From Chiloscyllium plagiosum (taxonomy: Eukaryota), in NCBI RefSeq assembly GCF_004010195.1, contig NC_057742.1, positions 19,385,161 through 19,449,160 of the forward strand: DNA of 64,000 nt. The letters run 5' to 3'. Made by a program: the position numbers and the translations under genes. Under the pieces are notes generated by a model that saw only the letters and a program-made list of their open reading frames with translations, ran no database searches and had not been told where the DNA came from. How positions within the stretch are numbered: position 1 is the stretch's first letter; each line of letters begins with the position of its first letter. Shown piece by piece: positions 12,740-26,242 of this stretch.

Positions 12740-13055
12740 AGATTAGATTAGGTTCCCTAAAATGTGGAAACAGGCTCTTCGGCCCAACCAGTCCACACCG
12801 ACCCTCCGAAGAGTAACCCACCCACACCCATTTCCCCCTGACTAATGCACCTAACACTATGGGCTATTTAGAATGGCCAATTCACCTGACCTGCACATCT
12901 TTGGACTGTGGAAGGAAACCAGAGCACCCGGAGGAAACCCAAGCAGACACGGGGAGAATGTGCAAACTCCACACTGACAGGCACCTGAGGCTGGAATCAA
13001 GCCTGAGACCCTTGTGCTGTGAGGCAGCAGTGCTAACCACTGAGCCACTGTGCCA
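12740..13055 (-). mobile_element. HE1-type V-SINE
   Basis: Full length; first of a tandem pair. Confidence 0.9.
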
Positions 13056-13118
13056 TTTACCTGATATTAAACAGGAATGGAATTATGCAAAAATTATATT
13101 GAATTTTTGCAAATCAAT

Positions 13119-13448
13119 TTAGATTAGATTAGATTTCCTACAGTATGGAAACAGGCCATTTAGCCCAACAAGTCCACACTGACCCTCTGAAGAGCAACCC
13201 ACCCAGACCCATTCCCCTACATTTACCCCTGTCTAATGCAGCTAACACTACAGACAATTTAGCATGGCCAATTCACCTCACCTGCACATCTTTGGATTGT
13301 GGGAGGAAACCAGAGCACCTGGAGGAAACCCATGCAGACACAGGGAGAATGTGCAAACTCCAGACAGACAGTCACCCGAGGCGGGAATTAAACCTAGGTC
13401 CCTGGCGCTGTGAGGCAGTAGTGCTAACCACTGAGCCACCGTGCCACC
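13119..13448 (-). mobile_element. HE1-type V-SINE
   Basis: Full length; second of the tandem pair. Confidence 0.9.
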
Positions 13449-16400
13449 AATAATATTGAAAACTTACTTCTGAGAAAATGTATCTTTTCAGTGTATTTTG
13501 TACCCATTCATTTTGGGGTCAGGTGGGGTCTCCCTGCAATTGAACAATTGTGTAACAGTTAAAGAACCCAGGTACAAACATAATACAGGATGGAATAAAG
13601 AAAGCCTTCCTAAGTTTTAATCGGAGGTCCTTCACATAAAATTCAAAGCTTGGCAAACGGACCAGTATACACAGGTTTTACAATGTGTCACAGCCATTCA
13701 GCCCAACCAAGTTAGGAGTTTAGTTTTAATCCCACTTGCACATTTTGTTCCTGAACCTTGTTCAACCCTTTTCTCATGCATTCATCTATCCTATCTAATA
13801 TTTTCTGATGACCTAGCCCCTAGCTCACCCACAATCCGAGAATAGAATTCATCTCATCTTCCTTTGTTTAAAATAAAAATTCTCCTCTTCGCTGTCCTCA
13901 ATCTTTTGAATTTAATCTTGTATTTCTGGCCCATCAACTACAGAAAACAAAGTCCTTTGTTCCATTATTTCATTATTTTAATGTTATATTTTTGGCATAA
14001 TCTTGTAGTGTTCTATCAAAAAAGTCTGAACGTTTCAAGTGTTCCTGCATGTTTGTATTGCATCTAGCAAGCAGTATCCAAGCAAATCTTGGTTGTACCA
14101 GCCTTCAAGTCCTCCTACAGGGTGGACGTCAACACAGCAACTGAGGCCTTCTTCAAAATTTCATATCACCTTATCAGTATCTCTTAGGTTCTCTATCCCA
14201 CACCTTAATTTATATTGTTCTTGTGCTATCAGCCAGAGGTGCAGTCTTTACTGTCTTGTTAACCTGTAAACTGAAATCCTTCTACCTTGCCCCAATGCTT
14301 CAGTCTACTGCCTTTGATATTAATATCTCACCTCATTCTTCCATTTTAGCTCATCTAGCATCTCATTAATATCTCTTTGCAGCTTCCTTTGGTCTTCTAA
14401 AGAATTGTACCTTTTAGTTGGGCATAATCTGTGAATTTTAACACCATTCCTTATATCTGTCCAGTTAGTTGATGCACACAGCTAATAGAAATGACTCTAG
14501 AATTGACCTTCTCCTCCTCCCCACAGAACCAGTAGCCAAACCCAACTACTCTGAAATACTCCCATTAACTCCTCCTCCCTGTTTTCTGCCATATAAACAA
14601 CTTGTAATCCAGTTTGCTGGGCTCCCTCTGAATCCATATCCTTTACTAAACTCCAGTAACGTCAACAACAATATCAGTGAAGCACCCAAATCAAGGTGCA
14701 TTAGGCATTGTGTTGCTACTGGCTGAAATCCGTGCATAGAGGAATTTTGATGGTGCAGTACCATCATTAAAATAGGCATTTCTGGAAACACTAGTTAGGT
14801 GATTGTCCTGTATATATTGAATGTACTCCCTAACGCTTTTCTTCTGCTTTAATTAACAGTACTGCATAGGTTTCTTTTGTTTATGGATTTGGATAGCACA
14901 CCTCAGGAACTGGGTTGCAAATCAGCACCAGATGGAAACTCTAGCAATCTGTTGTCTAAAGATCCCACATGCAATGATTTTTGGCAGCCTGAAACCAATT
15001 GCTGTTTACGATATGATCATGTCACATCATAACCCATTGTCTAGCTCAATTTGGCACTAAAACTTGCAAAGTCAACCAGGGATCAACCAGAGTAAAGGGA
15101 GTTTTACCTTGCCTCTACCATAAACTGACCTGAAGTACTTAATGCAGCATCTTTTCTAATTCTTGCAGTTTATAGTAAAACCGCCGTTTAAAAATGTATA
15201 AGCCGACCTGGGAATATTTAATGCTGACATTGAGTGCATGAATTTGGAAAGGTGCTGCATTGTCAAATTTTATCAGCACCAGTATCCCATATTTTGATGA
15301 GCCTAACAATTCACCAAAGCATCAACTTAATACTGCAGGTTTATCTGGAATCTTATTTCAATTTACATCAAGTGCCAATACGAGTAAATATGAGTCACTG
15401 ACCAGAACAGTGCAGTAGCCATTCCTTCCAGCATCATTGGTAAAAGGTGTCTTCCCTGGCATTGCCAGTTTCAGAGATTCTTCTGCAGCTGGCCTGCATT
15501 AGACAAGAAGACCTCATTGTAATTGTTTTTCAGTTTCGTCGTTCTCAAAGCGCCGCTTCAAGTGCCAATGGGCGTTTTCAACATCGAATCTCTCTTGGTA
15601 CCAGATGTGGGGAGAACCTTCAGGTAGGTTGGTGGAATAATTTTGGCACCAGCCCATTAAGAAGATGGTTGGACATATACCCCACTTCTTCTCTGGTAAA
15701 CCTGCTTCTACTATCAGTGGTAAAAATTGGCAAAAAATCGACTTGTCTCTTCATGGAAGTCCAAGTCCAATTATTTTTAAATGTAGGCCAATATTTTGAT
15801 ACTTCAGAACCCTCTTCTTTTATGCTGTTACTTATTATTGTATTTTTTTTCCAAATCCATGAGATCTACAGAGGCAGTACATTGGAGCACCAAATCTCTG
15901 TTGTAAATAAGGTGAGACACCAAATCAAAGTTAGAATGTTCCCCTGTCAAGACAGAGGAACATTTGAAGGAAAGCAGTCAGTATACAATAAGATTTGGAG
16001 ATGCTGACTAGCTTGCTTGCTGTCTTGCCTATATTTGCATGGAAAGCAAATTCACCCTCCTATTAAAAAAGGTTAAATCAGCTGATCAAAATCGATTCAA
16101 TTCAACGACTTTACCATAATTGGCACAGAAAATTATTATACTGAATGGAGGGTGATTGAGAGAAAGTGCCAAAGTAACTACGCATTTAATTATTTACTAA
16201 TACCTGTATAATTTTACTATTTTCCCTTTTAGCCTTCCCAAAATCTTCCTGAACCCCGCACCCCATCCTTTTGGGAAGAGATGTTTTTCAGAGTGACAAG
16301 AAAGCATTTCTGATTTTCTCCTTTCCCTCTATGGGAGCGTGCCTCAGCTCTGTTCATCAACAGTGGGGATTTGAGATCAGGAATGAGGACTTTTCCATAC

Positions 16401-16739
16401 TCTTCTTGTTCTCCCAGATGGGATGAAGATAAAAAAAACACCACAAAGGAGTGTTAATTTCAGCAAATGAGGGCCAAGAAGGAAAGCATGAAGTCTGTAA
16501 TAATTTCAACTCAGAGCTCAACAAATAATTGGGGAATAATGGTTTTTGCAGGCAAGAAGAATTGTGATGAAGGAATAGCAAGAGAGTTTGAGGTGAATGA
16601 AGTGTCATAGTTGCATCTAATCAATATACTGGGGTCCAAATGATCTCTTAAGGAATAAAGTTACTGTTTTGTTACTCCATACTCCACTGTTTAATACTTG
16701 ACTGCAATTAATAGTGTCAAAATTCCAACTTAATTTACT

Positions 16740-17175
16740 CAGAAGCAAAAATAGAAATTGCTGGAAACGCTGAACTGGTCTGACAGTATCAGTGGAGAGA
16801 AATAAAGAGTGAACATTTCGGATTGATTGACCCTTCCTCAGAACTGATGGTAGCTAGGAAAATGCCGGTTTATATGCAGATAATGGGGTGAGGGTAAGGA
16901 GTAAACAATAGGTGGGGATAGATCCCAAACAGAGAGAGAAGAACAGTTCGACAATCAAAGGTATGAATAATGATCTGGCTTGGAGGGTAAATAGCTGTTT
17001 GTGGGGACTGTTAGTGGCTAACAATGGGTAATGTGCAACAGCAGACTATGTAATAATAAGGCTTAGTTATGGGGATAATGGTAAGGACATGGCAGAGCTC
17101 AAGCCCCAAAGTTATTGAATTTAGTATTGAGTCCGAAAGGCTATAGGGTCCCCAAGTGGAAACTGAGGTACTCAG
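16740..17175 (-). mobile_element. Penelope-like 3' fragment (family C): GIY-YIG ORF end plus hammerhead core 16812-16841
   Basis: The - strand translates YLSFHLGTL*PFGLNTKFNNF (compare LIFRLGTLQPQGINVDF at about 61155). Core CTGAGGA-A-GGGT-CAATCA-ATCC-GAAA. Confidence 0.7.
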
Positions 17176-17304
17176 TCACCTTCCTGTATTGAGAAGTAGG
17201 TTGAAATAACTTCACTGCGCTTACTTCATGCCATACTTCCAAATTGCTTTGTTAGTGAATTAAGAGATCAATAGTCTATACTATAGTCCATATTATAATA
17301 GAAT

Positions 17305-17520
17305 CAAACTACTGCAGATGACGGAAAATGGAAACAGACAGAAAATGCCAGAGAAACTCAGCAGGTCTGAAAGCATCTGTGGAGAGAGAAACAGTTAAAG
17401 TTTCAAGTCCAGTATGACTCTTCGGTTCTAAAGAAGAGTCGTACCAAACTCAAAATCTTATCTCTGTTTCTCTCCCCAAGTGTGCTACCAGACCTGCTGA
17501 GTTTCTCCGGCATTTTCTGT
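17305..17520. mobile_element. Degenerate fold-back Penelope-like element
   Basis: Inverted arms (ACAGAAAATGCCAGAGAAACTCAGCAGGTCTG / CAGACCTGCTGAGTTTCTCCGGCATTTTCTGT) with GACTCTTC / GAAGAGTC at the centre. Confidence 0.7.
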
Positions 17521-18974
17521 GTGGGTTCAATTCCATAGCTTTGTAAATGGACAGTGAGACACATTTACTGATTGGTAGAGAAGATGAGATGGGTTTTATT
17601 GATCTGTGACCCTGATGAGTGATAGGAGTAATGTTTGGCTGACACTGCACTAAAGTAGGAACTGTGCTGCAGTGTCTGGTTGGATTGCATTCGGTAATTA
17701 TTGTGCAGTATATCTACTGTAGTCATACTTCAATTGCAATTCACAAAATAATATTTCAGTTCCTTCAGAAGGATCAAAGATCAAAATCTCAATGTTTGAC
17801 CTAAATGGCTGTCATAAAATTACAGACAATAAATCTAATTTTCATAGGTCACTGTTTAAACGCTACTGATGATGCCCACAGACTTGTTCAAGTTCTGTGT
17901 TGTGGTGGGGCTCCGAAGTACTGCACTCAGGTGTTGTATGTGCTAGAGATGAGTTCATTTAGCCATGACATTGAAGAAAAATTGAACTGAACAATTCTGA
18001 CATGAGGGCAAGAGAGAAAGTCATACAGAGCATCAAAATATAAGAAATGGTACTCGGAATAACTTCTCCCCGCACCCCATCACCCCAACCACCCACTCCC
18101 CCACAAACCTATAACTCTTAACTTTCTTATCAAACAGAAATCCATCTAACTCATCTTCAATGACCTAGCCGCCACTGCTCCTGAACTAAGAGAAATCCAA
18201 AGATTCACAATCTCTGAGAGAGGAGACTCCTCCCACCTCTGACTTGAACGGAAGACTTTGAAACTGTCCTCTCGAGTTCTTGATTCTCCATGTGACAAAA
18301 CATCCTCTCAGCCTCTACTGTGTGGAGCTCCTTTCAAATCTTTTGTATTTCAATGATTGTACTCATTGTACTCATCATTGTACTGAACTCTAGATTCCTC
18401 ATCATCCCAGGCATCATCCTTGTGAACCTTCTCTGGACTACCTCCAATGTAAATACACTCATTCGTAAATAATGAGACCAAAGCTGTATGTAATATCCAG
18501 ATGTGGTTTTGTCAATGCCCTGAATAGTTGTAAAAAGTCATCATAAGTCTGTGATTTTTTGCAGAAGAACTAAAATAAATGGAGAAAATACAGGGCTACA
18601 GTCCAATAATTTGATAAACTCACTCATGATTCCTTTTCTCTAGTTCAGACTAGCAGCTTCCCTTTTTTTAACAAAATGTCATCTCTTTCTTGAATGTGCT
18701 GGAACGGTTCAGAGGTCAACAGGTTGATTCCAGGGATTCCATTTGTTGAAACATGGAAGATTTTAAGAGGGCTACACATTGTACATGCACCACAGGTACA
18801 CACAACTCACCCTCAACATCCATCCACCTTCTCCTATTTTGCACTTGATTGTTAGTGTTCACATTTTTTTAAGTAAGGTTAATCTTTAATGCAGGATATT
18901 TGATGTTGAAAGTAAGGAATTGATGTTTCATTACAGAAGTGAGTTTGGTGGGGACCAGCAAAATTGAAATGAGA

Positions 18975-19265
18975 GGAGACAGTGATGTAGTGGTAATCTC
19001 ATTAGAATAGTAACTCAGAGCCCAGCTAATGTTCTGGGGATGTGGGTTCAAATTTCACCAAGACATCCAGTGGAATTACGTTCAGTTCATTATTTGGGGA
19101 ACTAAACTAGACTTAGTGATGGTAACCAGGAAGCTATCAATTATCATAAAAATCCATGTAGTACACAAATAATAATAATAAGAAAAGAAATCTGCCATCC
19201 TTATCTGGTCTGGCCTACGTGTGACTTCAAACCTACAGTAATGTGAGTGACTCCTAAATGGTTGA
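18975..19265 (+). mobile_element. Deu-domain SINE (SacSINE1-like)
   Basis: tRNA-like head plus the GAAATCTGCCATCCTTA.CTGGTCTGGCCTAC.TGTGACT core. Related pieces at 51075-51690 and 35890-36240. Confidence 0.65.
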
Positions 19266-19935
19266 GCATATGTTTGGTTTGGTTACGGCTTAATGCAGTA
19301 GTCAGGTAGGATGTGCAGAACGTGACAGTTGTTTTTGTGGAGATCAGGCTACTACAAGCAAATGAAGTGGATGTAATTGCTGTGTGATTGGCTGAGGCAG
19401 CACTGTGCATGAAATGTGCATGGTTGAGATATTATTGTGTTGGAATTTTGAGCCGATGGAACATACAGCTGTTATATAATGAGGTTTATCTCTCAATGGT
19501 TTGCTGCTTTGTCATACACATGATCACTAATATGATACCTTTAGCTTTGTAACCCTGCTTTATGTTGCATATCCTACCAAATGCATATTAGTCACTGAAC
19601 TGTTGCACATCATTTTCATTGTTTTATTTTAAAACTACATATTATATAATACAAATGATGAATCAGTGGGCAACCCTACAATGCTGGTTTTCCCATATAT
19701 TCCTTTGAGTAAAATGAGCATCTGATTATGGAAAATTGTGCTTCCTGCATAAAAATGAAGCTGCTTACATTTATATCATGTCATGATAAACAAGTGTCAA
19801 TTGGACAGAAATACTTAAACTTCTCATAAAATACATTCACAAGAATTTCTAATAGGATATAGTATAAGTAAGATAAGCATAATACAATCCATAAGGAACT
19901 CCAAAATTTTGAGGTCAGTGGGATTGAATTGGTTC

Positions 19936-20141
19936 TTTATTGCTGGAACAGCACAGCAGGTCAGGCAGCATCCAGGGAACAGGAGATTCGACGTTTCGGG
20001 CACAGGCCCTTCCTCAGGAAGGGCCTGTGCCCGAAACGTCGAATCTCCTGTTCCCTGGATGCTGCCTGACCTGCTGTGCTGTTCCAGCAATAAAGTTTCA
20101 ACTTTGATCTCCAGCATCTGCAGACCTCACTTTCTCCTCCC
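19936..20141. mobile_element. Young fold-back Penelope-like element (family A): perfect 79-bp inverted repeat, 15-bp TSD
   Basis: TSD ggattgaattggttc at 19921-19935 and 20142-20156. Arms 19935-20013 and 20017-20095. Hammerhead core on the - strand at 19990-20017. Confidence 0.9.
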
Positions 20142-20221
20142 GGATTGAATTGGTTCAGTGAGTACAGAGACAGTGAAGGGTCTAATTGGACCAGACTGTG
20201 CATAATTACACCATAAATATA

Positions 20222-20639
20222 TAAGTTAGCTTGCTGAGTTTGAAGGTTTGGTTTCAAATGTTTTATCACCATACTAGGTAACATCAGTGAGAGTCTCTGG
20301 TGAAGCCCTGATGGTATGTCCTGCTTCTCTATTTATAGGTCTTGGTTTCTTAAGGTATCATTTCTGGTTCTAACCAGAACTCCATCAATAAACGCATTGA
20401 TTTAGACCTTATCTACCTTCCCTTGGGGGAAAAAAAGAACCGAAAAGACATCACCTACCTTAAGAAACCCAAGACCTAGAAATAGAGAGGCAGGACATAC
20501 CACCAGCACGTCACCAGAGACTCTCACTGATGATGTTACCTAGCCATGGTGACGAAACACCTGAAAAGAAACCTTCAAGCTCAGCAAGCTAACTTACATA
20601 CTTATCACCAACTTGAGCTACAAATCTTCTCAAAAATCG
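20222..20639 (+). mobile_element. Penelope-like element (family D) with inverted 5' arm, ORF end and hammerhead core 20527-20560
   Basis: NSINKRIDLDLIY (20378-20416). Core CTGATGA-T-GTTACC-TAGCCAT-GGTGAC-GAAAC. 20222-20350 is an inverted copy of about 20445-20596. Confidence 0.8.
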
Positions 20640-21539
20640 TTAATTTCACCATATTGCTTTGAAATTTCCAATTGTTGAGGAAACATACCCTGAGAACTTC
20701 AGACTGACACATGGCTTATTCAGTTCACTGGGAACCATTTTAAAGTTCTGTGGTTTCCAAGAGCCCAGGAGAATATCTGCCAAACTCTCCTTGGTGTCTC
20801 TAAGATGAAAGCAGACCAGTGTACTAGTTCCAACATGCCCCCTGAAAAATAGAAGTTGCATGAAGGAAACCTATCTCAAAATTGGACCTTAATCAGCAAG
20901 TTGCATGCATTAAATAATTCAGAACGGTTCTCGCCCAATGAAAGATTCAGTCTTGTACATTCAGGCTGCTTGATTGTAATGTTTAGAAATAAGTCTCAAA
21001 AGTGCTCTTTGTTATTCCTGAATTCATTTTAACCTCAGTAGGCAGTCCCTTTGCTTTGTGATCTTAACACTGTCCATTATGATTACCTTGAGTCAAGACA
21101 AGGATTATTTGTTTAGTCTATGAGGACACACCAAACCCTCATCTAAACAGATGAGCTATGCAAAAACTGTGCTGCCTATAATATAGATATTTAATTTTTC
21201 TTCCTCCCAATTTTCTTCACCCAATATATTACTACAGCCTGTCTTCATGGCAGTCTATTTTATAAAGGAAATTGGGAGTTCAGTGCTCCCAAAGAAAATT
21301 GATATCTACAACTTTTTTCAAAAAAACAAGAGACAGCAGGTTCAAGTTGACAATCACATTACAAAACATAAAATAAGGCAATCGCTGCAGAATAATATTC
21401 TCTGATATGTCTATGCCATAATGAAGAATTCATTTGCAGCTCTCAAGCCAAATTCTGCGTGAGCTGGGATCTATGTCTATGGTTCTCCATTTCAGTAACT
21501 TCCTCAGTGATTGATAAGCATTTTTGTTGCGTGGTACAG

Positions 21540-21720
21540 GTTCTGGGACAGATCAATCTTCCATCTGATCTAGATCTTCTTTCAAATGCCAACTGGATTA
21601 GTGAAAAAGAGGAAGAGAAAGCAAAAGTGATCATGGATCTCCTCAATCACATACCATCAGAATCATCTGCTGTCATCACTTCTGCCAACACCATACTCAC
21701 AGAGCTCTTCAGTCACAGAG
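21540..21720 (+). CDS. NAGS: NAGS exon 4 (VLGQINLPSDLDLL...SAVITSANTILTELFSHR)
   Basis: Acceptor gtacag|GTT, donor AG|gtacca, 181 nt. Encodes the start of the ELFSxxGxGT arginine-binding motif. Confidence 0.96.
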
Positions 21721-22567
21721 GTACCAGCCTGTCCTTTAAGACAACCATATTCTAGATATTTATGTTTATTACAAATGGGAAATTTCAGAGGTGGTTGGTT
21801 AGTGGATTGTCATGCTGTGAGTTGTGTATGTAATAATCATAATCTATCTTGAAATAGATCTTCAGTATTTGTTGCATAATGTGCATCAAATTATTTATAA
21901 GTACATAAAATCAACAGAAATGGATCATTGAGTTTGATTCTTCTGTGCCAGAGTTTGTATTACACAAATTCCCTCCTGTTCTAATTAGCTCAGCTCATAT
22001 AATGTCTGTTTGAAATGTGTATTTGAAGAGTGGAGAATATAATGGCAACTGCTGAAAACTGCATCAGGTCAAATGACCATTGGAAGTTGTGGGAGGCTGG
22101 CAAAAGTTGGTTGGTCCAGTGTCTGTGAAATAGACTTGAGCTCACTGTGCAGGAAGCTACCAATTGTCAAACAAAATCAAGAGAAGCATGAGATAAATTA
22201 ATAAGCAGAGGTTAAGTTATGTCATGTGTGCCATAAAAACAAAATGTAGTTGACGGAAATGAAACTTCTGACAAGTGAATATTGATTTTCAGGTCCTACG
22301 AAAGTAATTAAAATTTAGACGCGTGATTTCAACACTGATATTACAGAGCAGGGTAAAGCAGATTTAAAGCTTGGGGGAAACTTAAGATATAAAATCAGAG
22401 GATCAATGACCAGGGTGTCGTTGATAAGTAGTGTTCAGTTGCAGTGTAACGTTCAGACAGTGTATGATTGGAAGGCACAAGTTCAGAAGGATAGCCAATG
22501 ATATTATAAATCTTCTTCTTCAACCTGTCCTGATACAGAACAAAAGTGATTTAAGATACTCCACAAT

Positions 22568-22880
22568 CATTGAGTCAGACAGCATGGAAACAGATCCTTC
22601 ATTCCAACCAGTGCATAGCAAACAGAATCCCAAACTAAACTAGTCCCACTTGGCTGCTCTTGGCCCACGTCCCTCTGAACCTTTCCTATTGATGTACTTT
22701 TCCAAAAGTCTTTAAAACGTTGTAACTGTACCAAATCCACCATTTCCTCAGGAAGTTCATTCCACAAACGAACCACCCTCTGTGCAAAAAAAATTGCCTC
22801 TCATATCTTTTTAAAATCTCTCTCCTGTCACCTTTAAAAATATGTCCCCTCGTCTTGAACCCCCCCCCCATCAAGAAAGT
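22568..22880 (-). mobile_element. HER1/CR1 3' fragment
   Basis: KTRGHIFK..., VRLWNELPEE; HE1-like tail. Confidence 0.8.
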
Positions 22881-23087
22881 TTTCAAATTTTATATGGTGC
22901 TACTCAATATACAGGACTGATCACTCCAATGCTCATTTGTTGTTCATCCTGTAACATCTCATCTTGCAAATTCTCACCATTTTGTTTAAATCCATTCTTG
23001 ACCTTATCCCTCTCTATTTCTGTAACTGCTTCCAACCCTATAACTTTCTAAGAACTGTGCTTCTCCGATTCTGTCTTTTATGCCACA

Positions 23088-23367
23088 GGGCGGCACAGTG
23101 GCTAGCACTGCTGCCTCACCAGGGTCCCAGGTTCGATTCCAGCCTTGGACGACTGTCTGTGTGGAGTCTCCCCGTGTCTGCATGGGTTTCCTCCAGGTGC
23201 TCCGGTTTTCTCCCACAATCCAAAGATGTGCAGATCAGGTGAATTGGCCATGCTGAATTGCCCACAGTCAGAGGGAAATAGGTCTGGGTGGGTTACTCTT
23301 CAGAGGGTCAGTGTGGACTGGTTGGGCCAAAGGGCCTGTTTCCACACTGTAGGGAATCTAATCTAAT
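23088..23367 (+). mobile_element. HE1-type V-SINE with small internal deletions
   Basis: B box GGTTCGATTCC, V-domain, (TAATC)n tail. Confidence 0.9.
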
Positions 23368-24949
23368 TTAAATCCCAGTTTACCACTGCTGTCACCATTC
23401 CCTTCAGCATTCTGGACCCCAAAACCCTGGAATTCCCTCCTTAAAATCTCTACCTTTCTACTTATTGAAAGAAATTTTAAAATCCTTCCTATTGAAACAA
23501 TTGGCTACCTATCCTAGCATTTCCTTTAGAGGCTTAATGCCAAATATTTTCTCTCAACTTAGCTGTGAAAACCTTGGGACCTTCCATTATATTAAATATG
23601 CAAAATAAATGCAAGTTAATGTAATTGAGGAGGAAGAATGTTTGGCACAAAAGAATATCCATGAAGTTTTGGAGACTTTTTTTTTAACAATAGAAATGAT
23701 GTGCAAGATTAGTTTGCAATAGTATAGTCAAAACATAGGTGGAAAAAAATAATATTGGTATCATTGTGGGAAAATAGTGCAACATGTTGGTTGAATTACT
23801 GAGAAGCACAAAGAATTTGTCACTTTTGATTAACTGATAGAAACAAAACTTTAATTGCTGAATCAAAACCTATGAGGTCAACATATAGTGAATCAACCAT
23901 TGCACTGTGTGAAGACATAATATTGTGTGCACAAGAGATGTTCAATGCGATGAGTATGGATGACTCGTGATGGGATTATCATTTATATTTTTAAAATGCA
24001 AAACAAAATTGGATAGAATTAGATGCCAGATGGAGGAGGCCATTGTTTTGGAAAAGAAACAACAGGGTGAGAAGATAATATTATTGTTATAGAAAGAGAA
24101 AGGAGAGCACTTCTTTTAATTAGGGAAAACTGTAGGATTGCGTAAATATAAGGCTAATGGAATGTTGACATTTATATGAAGATGGTGGAGTGCAAAAATG
24201 AGAGCTGATGCTTCAATTGTTATGGAGACTTGGTCAGACCCCATCAGGAACTTAGGTTCAGCACACCTCATCCCAGTAAGGATTGGAGTGGCTCACGAAA
24301 TTTACCAGAATTATATCAAGGTTTGAAGTATTAAATTTTGTGGTCAAATTGCATAAGCTTGCTTTATATTCCATTTATGCAATCCAAGGTCTTTAAAACA
24401 CAAGAGCATTTAGTCGAGTTGATGCAGAAAACTGTTTTATTTTGTGGAAGAATTCAAAACAGGTGACTTAACGTAAAGATTTAAGGCAAGCCAATTAAAA
24501 GTGAAATTGGGAAAACACTTCTCTCAGAGCAGAAATTTGGAACTCCCTACCCCAAAAGACTGCAGATGCTAGGACAATTGAACAATTGAAGACTTAAGTT
24601 ATATAGATTTTTGTTGGGTATGAGGATTGAGGGTTATCATTGAGGGTTGCAGAAGCAGATGAGGAGAGCAATAAATAGAGCAGGCAGTGTTCTTGGCTTT
24701 ATTAAAAGGAGCATAGAGTACAGGAGGAGGGAGATGCCATAGGCTACACAGGCTTGAATTATAAAGTCTCATGGACAACACACACAACTTGAACTTGAGT
24801 ATCTTATGAAATTGAATATATCTCAGTTACCAGTGGTAACAGATCATGATGTTGTGTTTTATTCACCAGTCAGCAGCTCAACTAAAAACAGCCCTTTTCA
24901 AATTTGGTTTAAATCACCTTGGCCTCCAAACATCTGCCTTCTATCATAA

Positions 24950-25790
24950 CGTCCAAAGTGGAGATGTTCACTGATGATTGCACAGTGTTTAGAACCATTC
25001 ATGACAACTCAGATACTAAAGCACTATGTGTGATTAGGATCTGAAACAGTATATATGGAGCAAGACATGGATAACTTCTGGGCTTGCACATTAAGTGACA
25101 AGTAACGTTCACCCTACAGGAAATGCTAAGCAATGACCATCTCCAAGAAGACAGAATATAGCAGTTGCTCATTGTTAGTCAAGGGCTGAACTGGACCAGC
25201 ATATAAGTACCAGGCTAGGAAGTCTGCAGTAAGTAACTCACTTCTGGTTTCTGCAAAGTATGTCAATCATCTACAAGACACCAGTCAGGATGGTGATGGA
25301 ATATTTTCCATTTGCCTAGATGGCAGAGCTCCAACAACACTCAAGAAACTCAACATTATCCTGGAGAAAGCAATCATTTTGATTGACACCACTAGCTTGA
25401 ACATTCACCCCTTTCACTACCGATGCGAAATAGTAGCAGACCATAGTGTCCACTGGATACATTACAATAACTTACTGAAACCCTACCAAAAGCACCTTCC
25501 AAACGTGCAATCCCTACAACTTTGAAGGATAAGAACAGTAGATGCATGGGAATCTGTAAATTCCCATCTAACTCACACACCATCCTGATTAGGAACAATG
25601 TCTTTGTTCCTTCATTGTCACAGGATCAAAATCCTGGAACTCACTTCTTAACTGTACTGTGGGTATCTCTACCATCAAGGACTAAACAAATCAAGGAAAC
25701 AGCTCAGCTCCATCTTCTTCAGGGACATAGATAGGTAATAAATGTTTGCTTAGCCAGTAAGCCCACATCCCATGTACAAATGAATAAAAT
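24950..25790 (+). mobile_element. Old CR1/L2-type LINE 3' fragment
   Basis: ATGTTCACTGATGATTGC (MFTDDC, an RT FADD-like motif). Reverse-complement similarity to 5370-6130. Confidence 0.7.
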
Positions 25791-26242
25791 CAGGACAAAA
25801 CACTGAAGTTGAAATGAATCTGTAAATAGAATTGAGTTTCATGTGTTGTCAACATGCTTTCTCTATCTTCTCTAATGGCTCAAGAAGTTCATTCAGTGCG
25901 TAGATCAGAAAATATCAGGCTTGATCTGCAGTCAGTGAAAATTAGCTGATTTTATTTGCTCAGGATGCCAGTGTCCCAAGTGGAAAGGGGAACATTGACC
26001 AAAGTTTGTATTTGTTTGCTGTCCAGCAACATCCTCTGAAAATGTGGAAGGTTGGAAGGACAGGATTAGGCCTGATTTATGAAGAGTAGCTAGTTTGGTG
26101 AGCTGCAGAAACTACCCAATGATACCTGTGAAGTGTGCTTTAATAGGAATATATAATACTTTCAGCAGATTACAAATCACTGGAAATATTAGCCCTCTGA
26201 CAGATCAGAGATGATGAGTGTTTTTTTTTTAATTTATTACAG

